Shown: positions 17,801 through 26,761, numbered from the stretch's first letter. The stretch is DNA of 55,547 nucleotides from a virus (IMGVR_UViG_3300027710_000820:1-55547); one strand, 5' to 3'. Notes: generated by a model not told the origin, from the letters alone. Translations and numbers: made by a program.

Positions 17801-18162
17801 CAACTGACTTAGAAAAGGCATTAGATGAAAACCGAGCTCCATGGAAACAAATTGAATTCCGAACAACAGACTTTTGGGTCTTCACAGACGGATATCCAGT
17901 CACCGAAGGGCATTTGCTTTTTGTGCCTACCCAAGAAAAGTTCGACAACATCGTGTCTTGCTACAAAGCAGCCTACAAGTTCGGCTACGACGGCGTGGCT
18001 TCTGAAAAGTGGCATGGATTTAACATCGGTCAAAACTGCGGAGAAGCCGCTGGGCAAACAGTAACATACCCACACATACACATGATTCCAAGACGAAAAG
18101 GTGACATGGAAGACCCAAGAGGAGGTGTCCGTCACGTAATACCAGAGAAAGGAAAATATTGA
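17797..18162 (+). CDS. HIT-family nucleotide hydrolase
   Basis: GHLLFVP, NCGEAAGQTV and the histidine triad HIHMIP. Confidence 0.9.
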   Translation: MTTDLEKALDENRAPWKQIEFRTTDFWVFTDGYPVTEGHLLFVPTQEKFDNIVSCYKAAYKFGYDGVASEKWHGFNIGQNCGEAAGQTVTYPHIHMIPRRKGDMEDPRGGVRHVIPEKGKY

Positions 18163-18341
18163 TGACTTGGGAAAATAGAATCAAACATTTAGAAGAAGCA
18201 CACCACGCTTTAGACAAACAGATAAACAATTTAGAAAAAAATGGATTATATGAAGACTCTAGGCTACATGATCTTAAAAAACAAAAATTGTTTATTAAAG
18301 ACGAAATTGAAAAACTAAAGAAAGAACATGGAGTTAGCTGA
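18162..18341 (+). CDS. DUF465/YdcH-like small coiled-coil protein
   Basis: HHALDKQI...LKKQKLFIKDEI pattern. Confidence 0.65.
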   Translation: MTWENRIKHLEEAHHALDKQINNLEKNGLYEDSRLHDLKKQKLFIKDEIEKLKKEHGVS

Positions 18342-18534
18342 AAATACTGTAACAGTAGCATGGGATAACCAAAACGGATTTTGGTGGAATGAAACCTGTG
18401 CGTTAGTTCTAGAAGTGTTCGGGTTGCCTGGTAGTCGGTATTCTAGTCATCCTATGCAGGATGCAATGTTTTTTATTTTTAATTCAAAAAAAGATGCCGA
18501 CTTATGTCGAATATTATTGAGTGAAAGACTGTGA
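18328..18534 (+). CDS. Hypothetical protein
   Basis: 68-aa ORF overlapping its neighbours. Confidence 0.6.
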   Translation: MELAENTVTVAWDNQNGFWWNETCALVLEVFGLPGSRYSSHPMQDAMFFIFNSKKDADLCRILLSERL

Positions 18535-18734
18535 TCAAAGATATCATCATTGTTGTATTAATCGGTATACTAGCTAGTATATTCTTGTATAACGCACCTC
18601 GAACTGAGGGTCGATGGTATGACTGTGGCATGGCTGAATGGCATCCTGATATACCTAACGAAGTAAAAGAAGAATGTCGCAGACGTGCTCTTGAACATTG
18701 GAATAAGAAAAATAATGATAAGTTGTCAGTTTAA
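18531..18734 (+). CDS. Small membrane-anchored protein
   Basis: N-terminal hydrophobic helix IIIVVLIGILASIFLY; two Cys. Confidence 0.6.
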   Translation: MIKDIIIVVLIGILASIFLYNAPRTEGRWYDCGMAEWHPDIPNEVKEECRRRALEHWNKKNNDKLSV

Positions 18735-19008
18735 TCTATCTAACCCTTGGAGTAACAGGTTTGAGAACTTGTGGTGCAAGAGCTATGATACTCCGTTTAA
18801 AAACAAGTTCCTTGAACTAGAACTATTAAAGGATGCAAGCATTGTGTCGTTTATGTTTAGACTTTCTACTCGTCAAAGCCACGGTGGACTATACTTTGAT
18901 TTAGGTCTTTTGGGCTACAGCTTCAGCTTTAACTTCTATGACAATCGTCATTGGAACTATGGTGCAGGCCGCTATTTTAAATACAATGAAGAAGAGGGAA
19001 TGCACTAA
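18715..19008 (+). CDS. Hypothetical protein
   Basis: Aromatic-rich 97-aa ORF in the operon. Confidence 0.55.
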   Translation: MISCQFNLSNPWSNRFENLWCKSYDTPFKNKFLELELLKDASIVSFMFRLSTRQSHGGLYFDLGLLGYSFSFNFYDNRHWNYGAGRYFKYNEEEGMH

Positions 19009-19106
19009 TGAAACAAAGAATAGAAAAATTGATCGAAACTCATTGGGTTGCATATTTGGTGTTATGGTTTGGTATAGGATTTATCCTTGGTCAATCTATC
19101 AAATGA
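19008..19106 (+). CDS. 32-aa single-TM peptide absent from the ORF track
   Basis: MKQRIEKLIETHWVAYLVLWFGIGFILGQSIK*. TAATG coupling to the upstream stop, with GAGG upstream. Confidence 0.55.
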   Translation: MKQRIEKLIETHWVAYLVLWFGIGFILGQSIK

Positions 19107-19117
19107 ATATAAAATGT

Positions 19118-19146
19118 TTGACATTTGCCTAAATAAAATGTACAAT
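19118..19146 (+). promoter_or_regulatory. sigma70-type promoter with TAAATA in the spacer, upstream of folE
   Basis: TTGACA (19118-19123), 17-bp spacer, TACAAT (19141-19146); TAAATA at 19130-19135. Confidence 0.7.
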
Positions 19147-19167
19147 ATATCATCGATCGGAGTATAA

Positions 19168-19872
19168 ATGACAGACAACAGTAAAAATTTAGCACAAGCA
19201 ATTAGAGAAAAAATGCAATCAGATGGCAAACGCTTTTGGGCCGGAGATAACATTAGCGAGTATGTTGAATCTGAGTTAGTTAAAGAGCAATTAATTAAAG
19301 AAGCAACTGTAGCATTTGAAAGTGTTTTAGATACACTGCTAATTGACAGAGAAAATGATCCAAACTCGCACGGTACTGCGAAGCGTCTAGCTAAAATGTA
19401 CTACACAGAAATAATGGCAGGAAGATATGAACCAGCACCCGATGCAACAGCATTTCCAAATGACTCGCAGGACCGTTATGAAGGTATGTTGGTTGTTCGC
19501 AGTGAGCTTCGCAGTATGTGTAGCCATCATCACCAACCCGTTACCGGCGTTGCTTATATTGGTATTATTGCTGCCGAAAAACTTATCGGACTCAGCAAGT
19601 ACACACGTATCGCACAGTGGTGTGCAAGACGAGGTACTCTCCAGGAGGAACTTTGTAATGACATTGCTAGGGAAATCAGCAAAGCAACAAACTCCACGAA
19701 CGTAGCAGTTTACATACAAGCTGTTCATGGTTGTTGTGAGAATCGTGGCATTATGGCACACTCTAGTCTGACACAGACAACAGTATTAACTGGAACATTT
19801 AAAACTGATCCAGGTGCAAAGAAAGAGTTCTTTGATAACATTAAACTACAACAGGAGTTTGCACCGCGATGA
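19168..19872 (+). CDS. folE: GTP cyclohydrolase I
   Basis: Motifs SMCSHHH, GLSKYTRI, LQE and HGCCENRG. Confidence 0.95.
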   Translation: MTDNSKNLAQAIREKMQSDGKRFWAGDNISEYVESELVKEQLIKEATVAFESVLDTLLIDRENDPNSHGTAKRLAKMYYTEIMAGRYEPAPDATAFPNDSQDRYEGMLVVRSELRSMCSHHHQPVTGVAYIGIIAAEKLIGLSKYTRIAQWCARRGTLQEELCNDIAREISKATNSTNVAVYIQAVHGCCENRGIMAHSSLTQTTVLTGTFKTDPGAKKEFFDNIKLQQEFAPR

Positions 19873-20084
19873 ATTCAGCAGACATGGCAAATAATTTAAT
19901 TTTTAGAGCAAAGCATCTTCAAGAATTTGTAGTTACAACTAGTGTTCCAGAAGATTTTAAATTTAATGGCATTGTTCCTTTTGATATGGAAATTAAAGAG
20001 GAACAAATTTCAGCTAAGGTGCTTGCTATCGATTTTAACGAAGCAGTTGACACTTTCGACAAATGGCTGGAGACTTGTAAATGA
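19869..20084 (+). CDS. Hypothetical protein
   Basis: ATGA-coupled 71-aa ORF. Confidence 0.6.
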   Translation: MNSADMANNLIFRAKHLQEFVVTTSVPEDFKFNGIVPFDMEIKEEQISAKVLAIDFNEAVDTFDKWLETCK

Positions 20085-20404
20085 TCTTTTTTGACAAATG
20101 GCTTTATAAAAAAGTTCGAGACATGTGGGATAATAGACACAAATACGAAGAAACAAATACCGGATGGTTACAGGAGAAACATAGTATGGCAATTGGTCAA
20201 GCAATGGTAGAACGAGGTCGTCCAGAAGGCGAATCCCGTATTAGTTTTGAATTAAGTTCAGCAATAGGCGGTCGAATTCTTAATGTGCGAAGATATGATG
20301 ACCGCAAAGATCGGCAAGATCAACAAACATATGTAATTCCAAACGGAGAAGATATCGGTGAACGAGTAGCAAAGATTGTTAACTTAGAGATGTTCAAACA
20401 ATGA
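20081..20404 (+). CDS. Hypothetical protein
   Basis: ATGA-coupled 107-aa ORF with a GGAG RBS. Confidence 0.65.
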   Translation: MIFFDKWLYKKVRDMWDNRHKYEETNTGWLQEKHSMAIGQAMVERGRPEGESRISFELSSAIGGRILNVRRYDDRKDRQDQQTYVIPNGEDIGERVAKIVNLEMFKQ

Positions 20405-20754
20405 TTGCACAACCAGTTGCAGAGGGTGTCTTAATTAGAAAAGACTACGGTGATGCCAAGATCTATCAAATTGTCTGCGAATGCGGAGACTGTGACCACT
20501 CTCATGATGTATGGGTAGAGGCAGAAGATCACGGAGTCACCGTAACAATCTATTCTAAGCAAAAGACCAAATGGTGGCAATCAAATCGCTGGAAGATCAT
20601 TTGGACATTACTGACTAGAGGGTATGTTGAACGTGAGTCTACTATTATTATGTCCGAACAACAAGCTCTTAACTATGCTAATGTGTTACAATCAGCTGTG
20701 AAAGATGTAAAAGATTTTAGGAAAGAAAGAAATGTCAAAAATAAAAATAGCTGA
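20401..20754 (+). CDS. Hypothetical protein with CECxxCxH motif
   Basis: ATGA-coupled; CECGDCDHSH is a possible metal site. Confidence 0.65.
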   Translation: MIAQPVAEGVLIRKDYGDAKIYQIVCECGDCDHSHDVWVEAEDHGVTVTIYSKQKTKWWQSNRWKIIWTLLTRGYVERESTIIMSEQQALNYANVLQSAVKDVKDFRKERNVKNKNS

Positions 20755-21580
20755 ACTGTTTTACAGTATTCAGGGAGAAGGACGCTACATGGGTGTCCCG
20801 TCTGTGTTTCTACGCACATTTGGTTGTAACTTTAAATGTGCAGGCTTTGGTATGCCGCAAGGCGAACTAAGCAACGAGATAGAATCAATTGCACAACGTA
20901 TACAAGAGTTTAAAACATATGAAGAACTTCCACTGGTTAGTACTGGTTGCGATAGTTATGCTTCTTGGGATCCACGTTTTAAGGACCTTAGTCCTATGCT
21001 TACAACAGACGCCATTGCAGACAGAATCATGGAGATATTGCCCTTCAACGAATGGCAAGACGAGCATTTAGTTATTACTGGCGGTGAGCCGTTGCTAGGT
21101 TGGCAACGTGCTTATCCAGACTTGCTCAATCATGAAAAGATGCGTGGGTTGAAAGAGATTACTTTTGAAACAAACGGTACTCAAAAACTTGATCCTAAAT
21201 TTAAAGAATATTTAACAGATTGGACATTTGGCAGTGATGAGAGAGAAATTACATTTAGTGTTAGTGCCAAACTAAGTTGTTCAGGCGAAAGTCGAAGCGA
21301 AGCAATCTGCCCAAGTATTGTATGCGAATACGAAGAAGTAGGTACTACATATCTTAAACTGGTTGTGGCAACAGAAGCAGATGCTGAAGAAGCATTGGAA
21401 ACTGTGGACATTTATCGTGCTGAAGGATTTAAAGGTCCTGTATACTTGATGCCAGTGGGCGGTGTAGAAAGTGTTTATGCACTAAACAATCGTCGTGTAG
21501 CAGAACTAGCAATGGCAAATGGACTACGTTATAGTGACAGGTTGCAAGTGCCGTTATTTAAAAATGAGTGGGGAACTTAA
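20732..21580 (+). CDS. queE: 7-carboxy-7-deazaguanine synthase (radical SAM)
   Basis: ELFYSIQGEG..G.PSVFLRTFGCN, CDS, ITGGEP, FETNGT, SVSAKL and RLQ. The cluster motif is expanded to CX3CX36C. Confidence 0.9.
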   Translation: MSKIKIAELFYSIQGEGRYMGVPSVFLRTFGCNFKCAGFGMPQGELSNEIESIAQRIQEFKTYEELPLVSTGCDSYASWDPRFKDLSPMLTTDAIADRIMEILPFNEWQDEHLVITGGEPLLGWQRAYPDLLNHEKMRGLKEITFETNGTQKLDPKFKEYLTDWTFGSDEREITFSVSAKLSCSGESRSEAICPSIVCEYEEVGTTYLKLVVATEADAEEALETVDIYRAEGFKGPVYLMPVGGVESVYALNNRRVAELAMANGLRYSDRLQVPLFKNEWGT

Positions 21581-22029
21581 TGAAAAAATTTATTAAAAAG
21601 ATATTCGGTATTGAAAAAATCGAAGCTGACAAATTGGCTGCTGATCAGGCACGAACAGAATCGTTAGCCAAAGCGGCGGAGGCTAAACTACAAGAAGAAC
21701 AAGCCAAAGCGGCAGAAGAATTGGCTAAGATGACTCCAAAAGAACGTGCTACCAAAAGAGGTGAACCGTGGGTAGCTGTTTTGGATACGCACATTAATAA
21801 AGAAAATGTAAGAAATGGCTTTTTTGAGCTTGACTGGAACGATGAATTTATAGTACAATTAAAGCAAGCAGGATACGGTTATGATGCAGATCCCGTAGAA
21901 GAGATTGTAGATCGTTGGTTTAGAGATCTTGCACGTAACGTATTAGCCGAAGAAGGTCAGGACACATCAAGAGGTTCTGGCTATATTAATGTAAGTAAAC
22001 TAGCAGACGGCAAAGCCGAGGTAAAATGA
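21580..22029 (+). CDS. Hypothetical protein
   Basis: TAATG-coupled to queE; contains an FFELDWN motif. Confidence 0.7.
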   Translation: MKKFIKKIFGIEKIEADKLAADQARTESLAKAAEAKLQEEQAKAAEELAKMTPKERATKRGEPWVAVLDTHINKENVRNGFFELDWNDEFIVQLKQAGYGYDADPVEEIVDRWFRDLARNVLAEEGQDTSRGSGYINVSKLADGKAEVK

Positions 22030-23027
22030 ACTATATTTTAGTTGATACAGCAAATACATTCTTTCGTGCAAGGCATGTCATTAATGGCAGTGCTGATATC
22101 AAACTGGGTATGGCATTCCATATCACACTAAACAGTATTAAAAAAGCATGGCAAGATTTTAATGGTAGCCATGTTGTATTCTGTTTAGAGGGTCGAAGCT
22201 GGCGTAAGGACTTTTATGCTCCCTACAAACGTAACCGTAGCGAAGCTCGTGCCGCACACACAGTAAAAGAAGCAGAAGAAGAAACAGTCTTTTGGGAAGC
22301 GTTTGATACTTTTAAAGACTTTATTATTGAAAAGACAAACTGTACAGTTCTGCAAAATCCGCAACTTGAAGCAGATGACTTAATTGCTGGTTGGATTCAA
22401 ACACATCCGAATGACAATCATATTATTATTTCGACAGATACAGATTTTGTACAGTTGATTGCGCCAAACGTTCGACAATATAATGGCGTAATGGAAACTA
22501 CAATTACACATGAAGGCATCTTAGATAAAAAAGGCAAACGTGTAATTGATAAGAAAACAAACGAGCCTAAAGATATCCCTAATCCAGAATGGCTATTGTT
22601 TGAAAAATGTATGCGTGGCGATCCCACTGACAACGTCTTTAGTGCGTATCCTAAGGTACGTAAAAATAAACTGCAAGACGCATTTGAAGATCGTAGCAAT
22701 AAAGGATTCGCGTGGAACAATATGATGTTGCAACGTTGGGTTGACCATAATGGTGCCGAACATCGCGTACTAGAAGATTACGAACGTAATCGCACACTGA
22801 TTGATCTTGCGGCACAACCTAAAGAAATTAGAAAAGTCATTATAGAAACTATTGATGAAGGTGCAGTTCCAAAGTCTATTGATCAAGTTGGTATTAGACT
22901 AATGAAGTTTTGTAATCTATACGACTTAAAGAAAATTACTGATAATATAACACAGTATGCAGAACCATTCCAATCACGTTACCCTGAGTCAGCAGTAACG
23001 TGGCGCAAACTCACACAGGAGAATTAA
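22026..23027 (+). CDS. rnh: T4 RNase H-like 5'-3' exonuclease (FEN1/PIN fold)
   Basis: Motifs LVDTAN, YKRNR, EADD, STDTDF.QL and GDPTDNV. Confidence 0.88.
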   Translation: MNYILVDTANTFFRARHVINGSADIKLGMAFHITLNSIKKAWQDFNGSHVVFCLEGRSWRKDFYAPYKRNRSEARAAHTVKEAEEETVFWEAFDTFKDFIIEKTNCTVLQNPQLEADDLIAGWIQTHPNDNHIIISTDTDFVQLIAPNVRQYNGVMETTITHEGILDKKGKRVIDKKTNEPKDIPNPEWLLFEKCMRGDPTDNVFSAYPKVRKNKLQDAFEDRSNKGFAWNNMMLQRWVDHNGAEHRVLEDYERNRTLIDLAAQPKEIRKVIIETIDEGAVPKSIDQVGIRLMKFCNLYDLKKITDNITQYAEPFQSRYPESAVTWRKLTQEN

Positions 23028-23028
23028 C

Positions 23029-23943
23029 ATGGCAACTACTGAACAAAAACAAGAACTAATCGAAAGATTAAAATTCACTCCATGCACGTACACTATACAA
23101 ATGTGGGGTTATGGCGGTGAATATGTTATGGGAACAGTAGAACGTAAGATTTACGATTATTTCAAACAACGTAGACTTAGTCTAAGTGATTATGCATGGG
23201 ATAGCGACTATGCAGAAGAACATAACATTCCAGAAGACATGCAACCGTTTCCACCAGGTAGTTGGTATGAATGTGATGACATGGCACATACTAGTGGTGT
23301 TGATAGAAACGCTGGCACTTTGCAAATTTGCGATGAAAATGGCAACACTGTCTACGAACGTAGTTTAGATGATGTTGACGGATACAGTGATGATAGTCCA
23401 GAGATCGGTGGTGGGGATGAAGTGTGGATTGATAGTAAAGATCCTGGTACTGTGGTATTCATCGGTGTTAGTAACGAAAAAGGTACATTCTTTGAAAGTG
23501 AGATCGAACTTAACGAACCATTTGACATAACCAAACTATGTATTAGCTACGATGATATCGATGGTAACGAAATTGTAGGCATGGTCACTTATGATAACGA
23601 AGACCTTGATAACAATGGTGGCAGCACTAATGGTAAAAGTTCAGACTTTGGGTTTTATGTTGCTCATTCGAAAAAAGACGGCAAGTGGGAAATGTATAAA
23701 GACATGGACAGTATTGAATATGAAATGACTCCGTGGTTTCCTAAAAAAGTAAAACCAATTCGAGAAGGTGTTTACGAAGTCAAAACAGCAGGTAAGAATA
23801 GTTATACATATCAAGCCAAGTGGACTGGTAGCCGTTGGATCAATAATTGGCATGACGACGTTCCTGAAACTGAAGAATTAAAAATTAAAGAATGGCGAGG
23901 ACTTGCTACAGATCCCGATGCCACAGTTGGAGAAGCACAGTGA
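23029..23943 (+). CDS. Acidic hypothetical protein
   Basis: 304-aa D/E-rich ORF with an AGGAG RBS. Ends in a MTPWFP..KP.REGVYEV...WRGL module. Confidence 0.75.
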   Translation: MATTEQKQELIERLKFTPCTYTIQMWGYGGEYVMGTVERKIYDYFKQRRLSLSDYAWDSDYAEEHNIPEDMQPFPPGSWYECDDMAHTSGVDRNAGTLQICDENGNTVYERSLDDVDGYSDDSPEIGGGDEVWIDSKDPGTVVFIGVSNEKGTFFESEIELNEPFDITKLCISYDDIDGNEIVGMVTYDNEDLDNNGGSTNGKSSDFGFYVAHSKKDGKWEMYKDMDSIEYEMTPWFPKKVKPIREGVYEVKTAGKNSYTYQAKWTGSRWINNWHDDVPETEELKIKEWRGLATDPDATVGEAQ

Positions 23944-24113
23944 TAAAAGTTCAATCACAATTTAGTCACTGGCTAAGAAATCTTTGGTTAGATAATTGTG
24001 ATGAACATCAAGTGTATGGTGAACAAAAATACACTATGCAAGAATATTGGAACAAATACAAATGGTGGCTGCGTAGAGAATACCGTCATCAAATGTCAAA
24101 GGAGAAAGTATGA
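23940..24113 (+). CDS. Small Trp-rich hypothetical protein
   Basis: GTGA overlap and GGAG RBS. Confidence 0.55.
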   Translation: MIKVQSQFSHWLRNLWLDNCDEHQVYGEQKYTMQEYWNKYKWWLRREYRHQMSKEKV

Positions 24114-24583
24114 CAGAATTACACGCAAAGCCCATTGTCGATGGAGTACTTTGGGTAGTAGAACAAAATGGTGAAAAAGTAGGCACTTTACACAAAAAAG
24201 AAAATAACAAATACATACTATGTGCTTCTAGTGGGGAAATATATTTTAGTAAAAAATCAGAACTTACAAAAAAATTTGGTGATGACTTTTTCTTAAAAGG
24301 CTTTAAAACAACTGTTTCTCATATTGATGTTAATGAATGTCATGGACATCCTACTAAATGGACGCCGTATAATAGTATGTATGATGTAAGGCGTAAACTT
24401 CCGTTGTTTACAAAAAGCAATCAAAGTAAAAGTTTGTTTTGTGCAGGACATTATATTATTAAATTTCCAAAGAATTGGGTTAGAAGCTTTTGTCCTAAAC
24501 TAATTACTATTGAAAGATATCCATTTACTGGTCCGTTTAAAACAGAAGAAGAAGCAAAAGAGGCATTGGCTAATGTCAAGTAA
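24110..24583 (+). CDS. Hypothetical protein
   Basis: AAGGAG RBS; 157 aa. Confidence 0.75.
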   Translation: MTELHAKPIVDGVLWVVEQNGEKVGTLHKKENNKYILCASSGEIYFSKKSELTKKFGDDFFLKGFKTTVSHIDVNECHGHPTKWTPYNSMYDVRRKLPLFTKSNQSKSLFCAGHYIIKFPKNWVRSFCPKLITIERYPFTGPFKTEEEAKEALANVK

Positions 24584-24821
24584 TCCTATTAATACAACAC
24601 CTCTACAGCAGTTCATTCAGCAGGTAAAAATGGCTGATATGAGCCAGCAAAAAGAGGTTAAATTAGATATGCGTACAGCAAAGGCATTGGCCTTTGCCAT
24701 AGGTGAAGTCACTGTTAGATTAACTCAAGATTATGACAGCCTTGTACATATGCTAAAGAACACTACAAATGACACTATAACCGTTGAATTAGACGGTGGC
24801 GGGTTTGGTGATACAAAATAG
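24573..24821 (+). CDS. Hypothetical protein
   Basis: ATG at 24573 with a GAGG RBS; ends in LDGGGF. Confidence 0.65.
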   Translation: MSSNPINTTPLQQFIQQVKMADMSQQKEVKLDMRTAKALAFAIGEVTVRLTQDYDSLVHMLKNTTNDTITVELDGGGFGDTK

Positions 24822-24829
24822 TATAAATA
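24822..24829 (+). promoter_or_regulatory. T4-type late promoter consensus TATAAATA
   Basis: Exact TATAAATA in an intergenic gap, 28 nt before ATG 24857. Confidence 0.55.
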
Positions 24830-24856
24830 TATGCGTATATTTTGAGGATACGCATT

Positions 24857-25141
24857 ATGAGTCGACCAAAGCCGAAAGTGCTGTTAGAGCATATTAATAA
24901 GAAAAATTATAAATGTGAACAAGTATTAGAAGCAGAAGCCATTTGGGCTGTTTTCTATAAAGGTGAGCCTTTTAATTTAAAGAGCTTTAGCAGTATAACC
25001 AGCTACCCCGGACCTAAATATAAAAAAGTAGCATTTAGTAACCCGGGACACGCTATTAACCTAGCAAAAAAACTAAATTTAACATTTGGATGCAGTGACT
25101 TTCAAGTCATGGTATTGACGAATGGCCAAGTATTAAAATGA
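24857..25141 (+). CDS. Hypothetical basic protein
   Basis: Starts MSRPKPKVLL; GAGGA RBS. Confidence 0.75.
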   Translation: MSRPKPKVLLEHINKKNYKCEQVLEAEAIWAVFYKGEPFNLKSFSSITSYPGPKYKKVAFSNPGHAINLAKKLNLTFGCSDFQVMVLTNGQVLK

Positions 25142-25536
25142 TTTCATCTTTGGCCTACACAAAAGTCTTCCTAACAACACAGGAAAAATCGTGTGATGAA
25201 GCCAATGTTAAACTGCACCATAGATTATGGTGGCAAAACCTAAGAACAAAAGATTCAGGCGGGTTACGATTAACCGAAGAGGGCTATAACCATCTAGCCA
25301 ATATTTTGGAATTGAAAGAATACGAAGTTCCATTTACCGAACACGTAGAACTAAGCCCACAAACAATAATCTTTTTTGATCGATTTATCGATTGTCCGTA
25401 TTACCTAACCAACCAAAGTATAACTGTATTTTCTGAAAAGAAAGCATTTGAGTTATATGTATTTTCGGATGATATTCGAAAATTTGGGCTAGTTAAGGCA
25501 ATAAATGCCCGCAGAAAAGCGGAAGAATCCGAGTAA
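25138..25536 (+). CDS. Hypothetical protein
   Basis: ATGA-coupled; contains a GLRLTEEG motif. Confidence 0.7.
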   Translation: MISSLAYTKVFLTTQEKSCDEANVKLHHRLWWQNLRTKDSGGLRLTEEGYNHLANILELKEYEVPFTEHVELSPQTIIFFDRFIDCPYYLTNQSITVFSEKKAFELYVFSDDIRKFGLVKAINARRKAEESE

Positions 25537-25552
25537 ATTAGCCAAATTTCGC

Positions 25553-25581
25553 TTGACTTAGTTGGGGATTGGCGCTATAAT
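25553..25581 (+). promoter_or_regulatory. sigma70-type promoter upstream of the AAA ATPase
   Basis: TTGACT (25553-25558), 17-bp spacer, TATAAT (25576-25581). Confidence 0.75.
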
Positions 25582-25630
25582 AAACACATAGCAAATTTTT
25601 TAACCCCCGCAACTTAAGATAGGAACTTAG

Positions 25631-26722
25631 ATGAGCGAAATTCTTTCCCGTACCGTAGGCCCGAAAGCGGCCAAAAAAGCAATCCGCAAGGGCTTTGCAA
25701 AACGTCGTCCAATTTTCCTCTGGGGGCCTCCCGGAATTGGCAAGTCAGACATTGTAAAACAATTGGGCGAAGATATTGGCGCCCATGTAATTGACGTTCG
25801 TCTAAGTTTGTGGGAACCTACAGACATTAAAGGTATTCCTTACTTTGATAGTAATGACAGTACTATGCGTTGGGCACCGCCTAGCGAACTTCCAGATGCA
25901 ACTCTTGCATCTAAGCACAAGCAGATCATTTTGTTTATGGACGAAATGAACAGTGCGGCACCTGCTGTACAGGCTGCGGCTTATCAGCTCATTCTTAACC
26001 GTCGTGTTGGCACTTATACACTGCCTGACAATGTTGTAATGATTGCGGCTGGTAACCGTGAAGCAGATAAAGGTGTTACATATCGTATGCCTGCTCCGTT
26101 GGCTAACCGTTTTGTTCACTTGGAAATGGCTGTAAGCTGGGATGACTATAGTTACTGGGCTACAGACAATCGTATCCACAAGGATGTAGTTGGATATTTG
26201 ACTTTCTCTAAGAAAGACCTGTACGACTTCGATCCAAAGTCTACTAGCCGTGCGTTTGCTACTCCTCGTTCATGGACTTTTGTTTCCGAGCTGTTGGAAG
26301 ATGACGACACTGATGAAAGCACACTGACAGATTTGGTGTGTGGTGCTGTTGGTGAAGGTCTTGCTATCAAATTTATGGCTCACCGTAAGGTTGCAAGCAA
26401 GATGCCTAATCCCACAGACATCTTGACTGGTAAAGTTAAGAAAATGGACACTAAAGAAATTAGTGCTATGTACTCTTTGGCAGTTAGCCTGTGCTACGAA
26501 CTTAAAGATGCTTCAGATAAGAATGCTAAAAATTGGAATGATCAAGTTAATTACTTTTTCAAATTCATTATGGACAACTTTGAAACTGAATTGGTCATTA
26601 TGAGCACTAAACTTGCTCTTACCCAATACAACTTGCCGTTGGATCCAGATGAGATTGAATGCTTTGATGACTTCCATGCAAAATTTGGTAAGTATATTTC
26701 GGCCGCTACTGAAAAGAAGTGA
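25631..26722 (+). CDS. MoxR-like AAA+ ATPase
   Basis: Walker A GPPGIGKS, Walker B LFMDE, sensor AAGN, arginine finger ANRF and TPRSW. Confidence 0.9.
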   Translation: MSEILSRTVGPKAAKKAIRKGFAKRRPIFLWGPPGIGKSDIVKQLGEDIGAHVIDVRLSLWEPTDIKGIPYFDSNDSTMRWAPPSELPDATLASKHKQIILFMDEMNSAAPAVQAAAYQLILNRRVGTYTLPDNVVMIAAGNREADKGVTYRMPAPLANRFVHLEMAVSWDDYSYWATDNRIHKDVVGYLTFSKKDLYDFDPKSTSRAFATPRSWTFVSELLEDDDTDESTLTDLVCGAVGEGLAIKFMAHRKVASKMPNPTDILTGKVKKMDTKEISAMYSLAVSLCYELKDASDKNAKNWNDQVNYFFKFIMDNFETELVIMSTKLALTQYNLPLDPDEIECFDDFHAKFGKYISAATEKK

Positions 26723-26732
26723 AATATGCCGA

Positions 26733-26761
26733 TTGACACCTCCTTCGGGAGGTGTTATAAT
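26733..26761 (+). promoter_or_regulatory. Perfect sigma70 promoter whose spacer forms a cUUCGg hairpin
   Basis: TTGACA (26733-26738), 17-bp spacer, TATAAT (26756-26761). Hairpin: GACACCTCC-TTCG-GGAGGTGTT. Confidence 0.8.
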
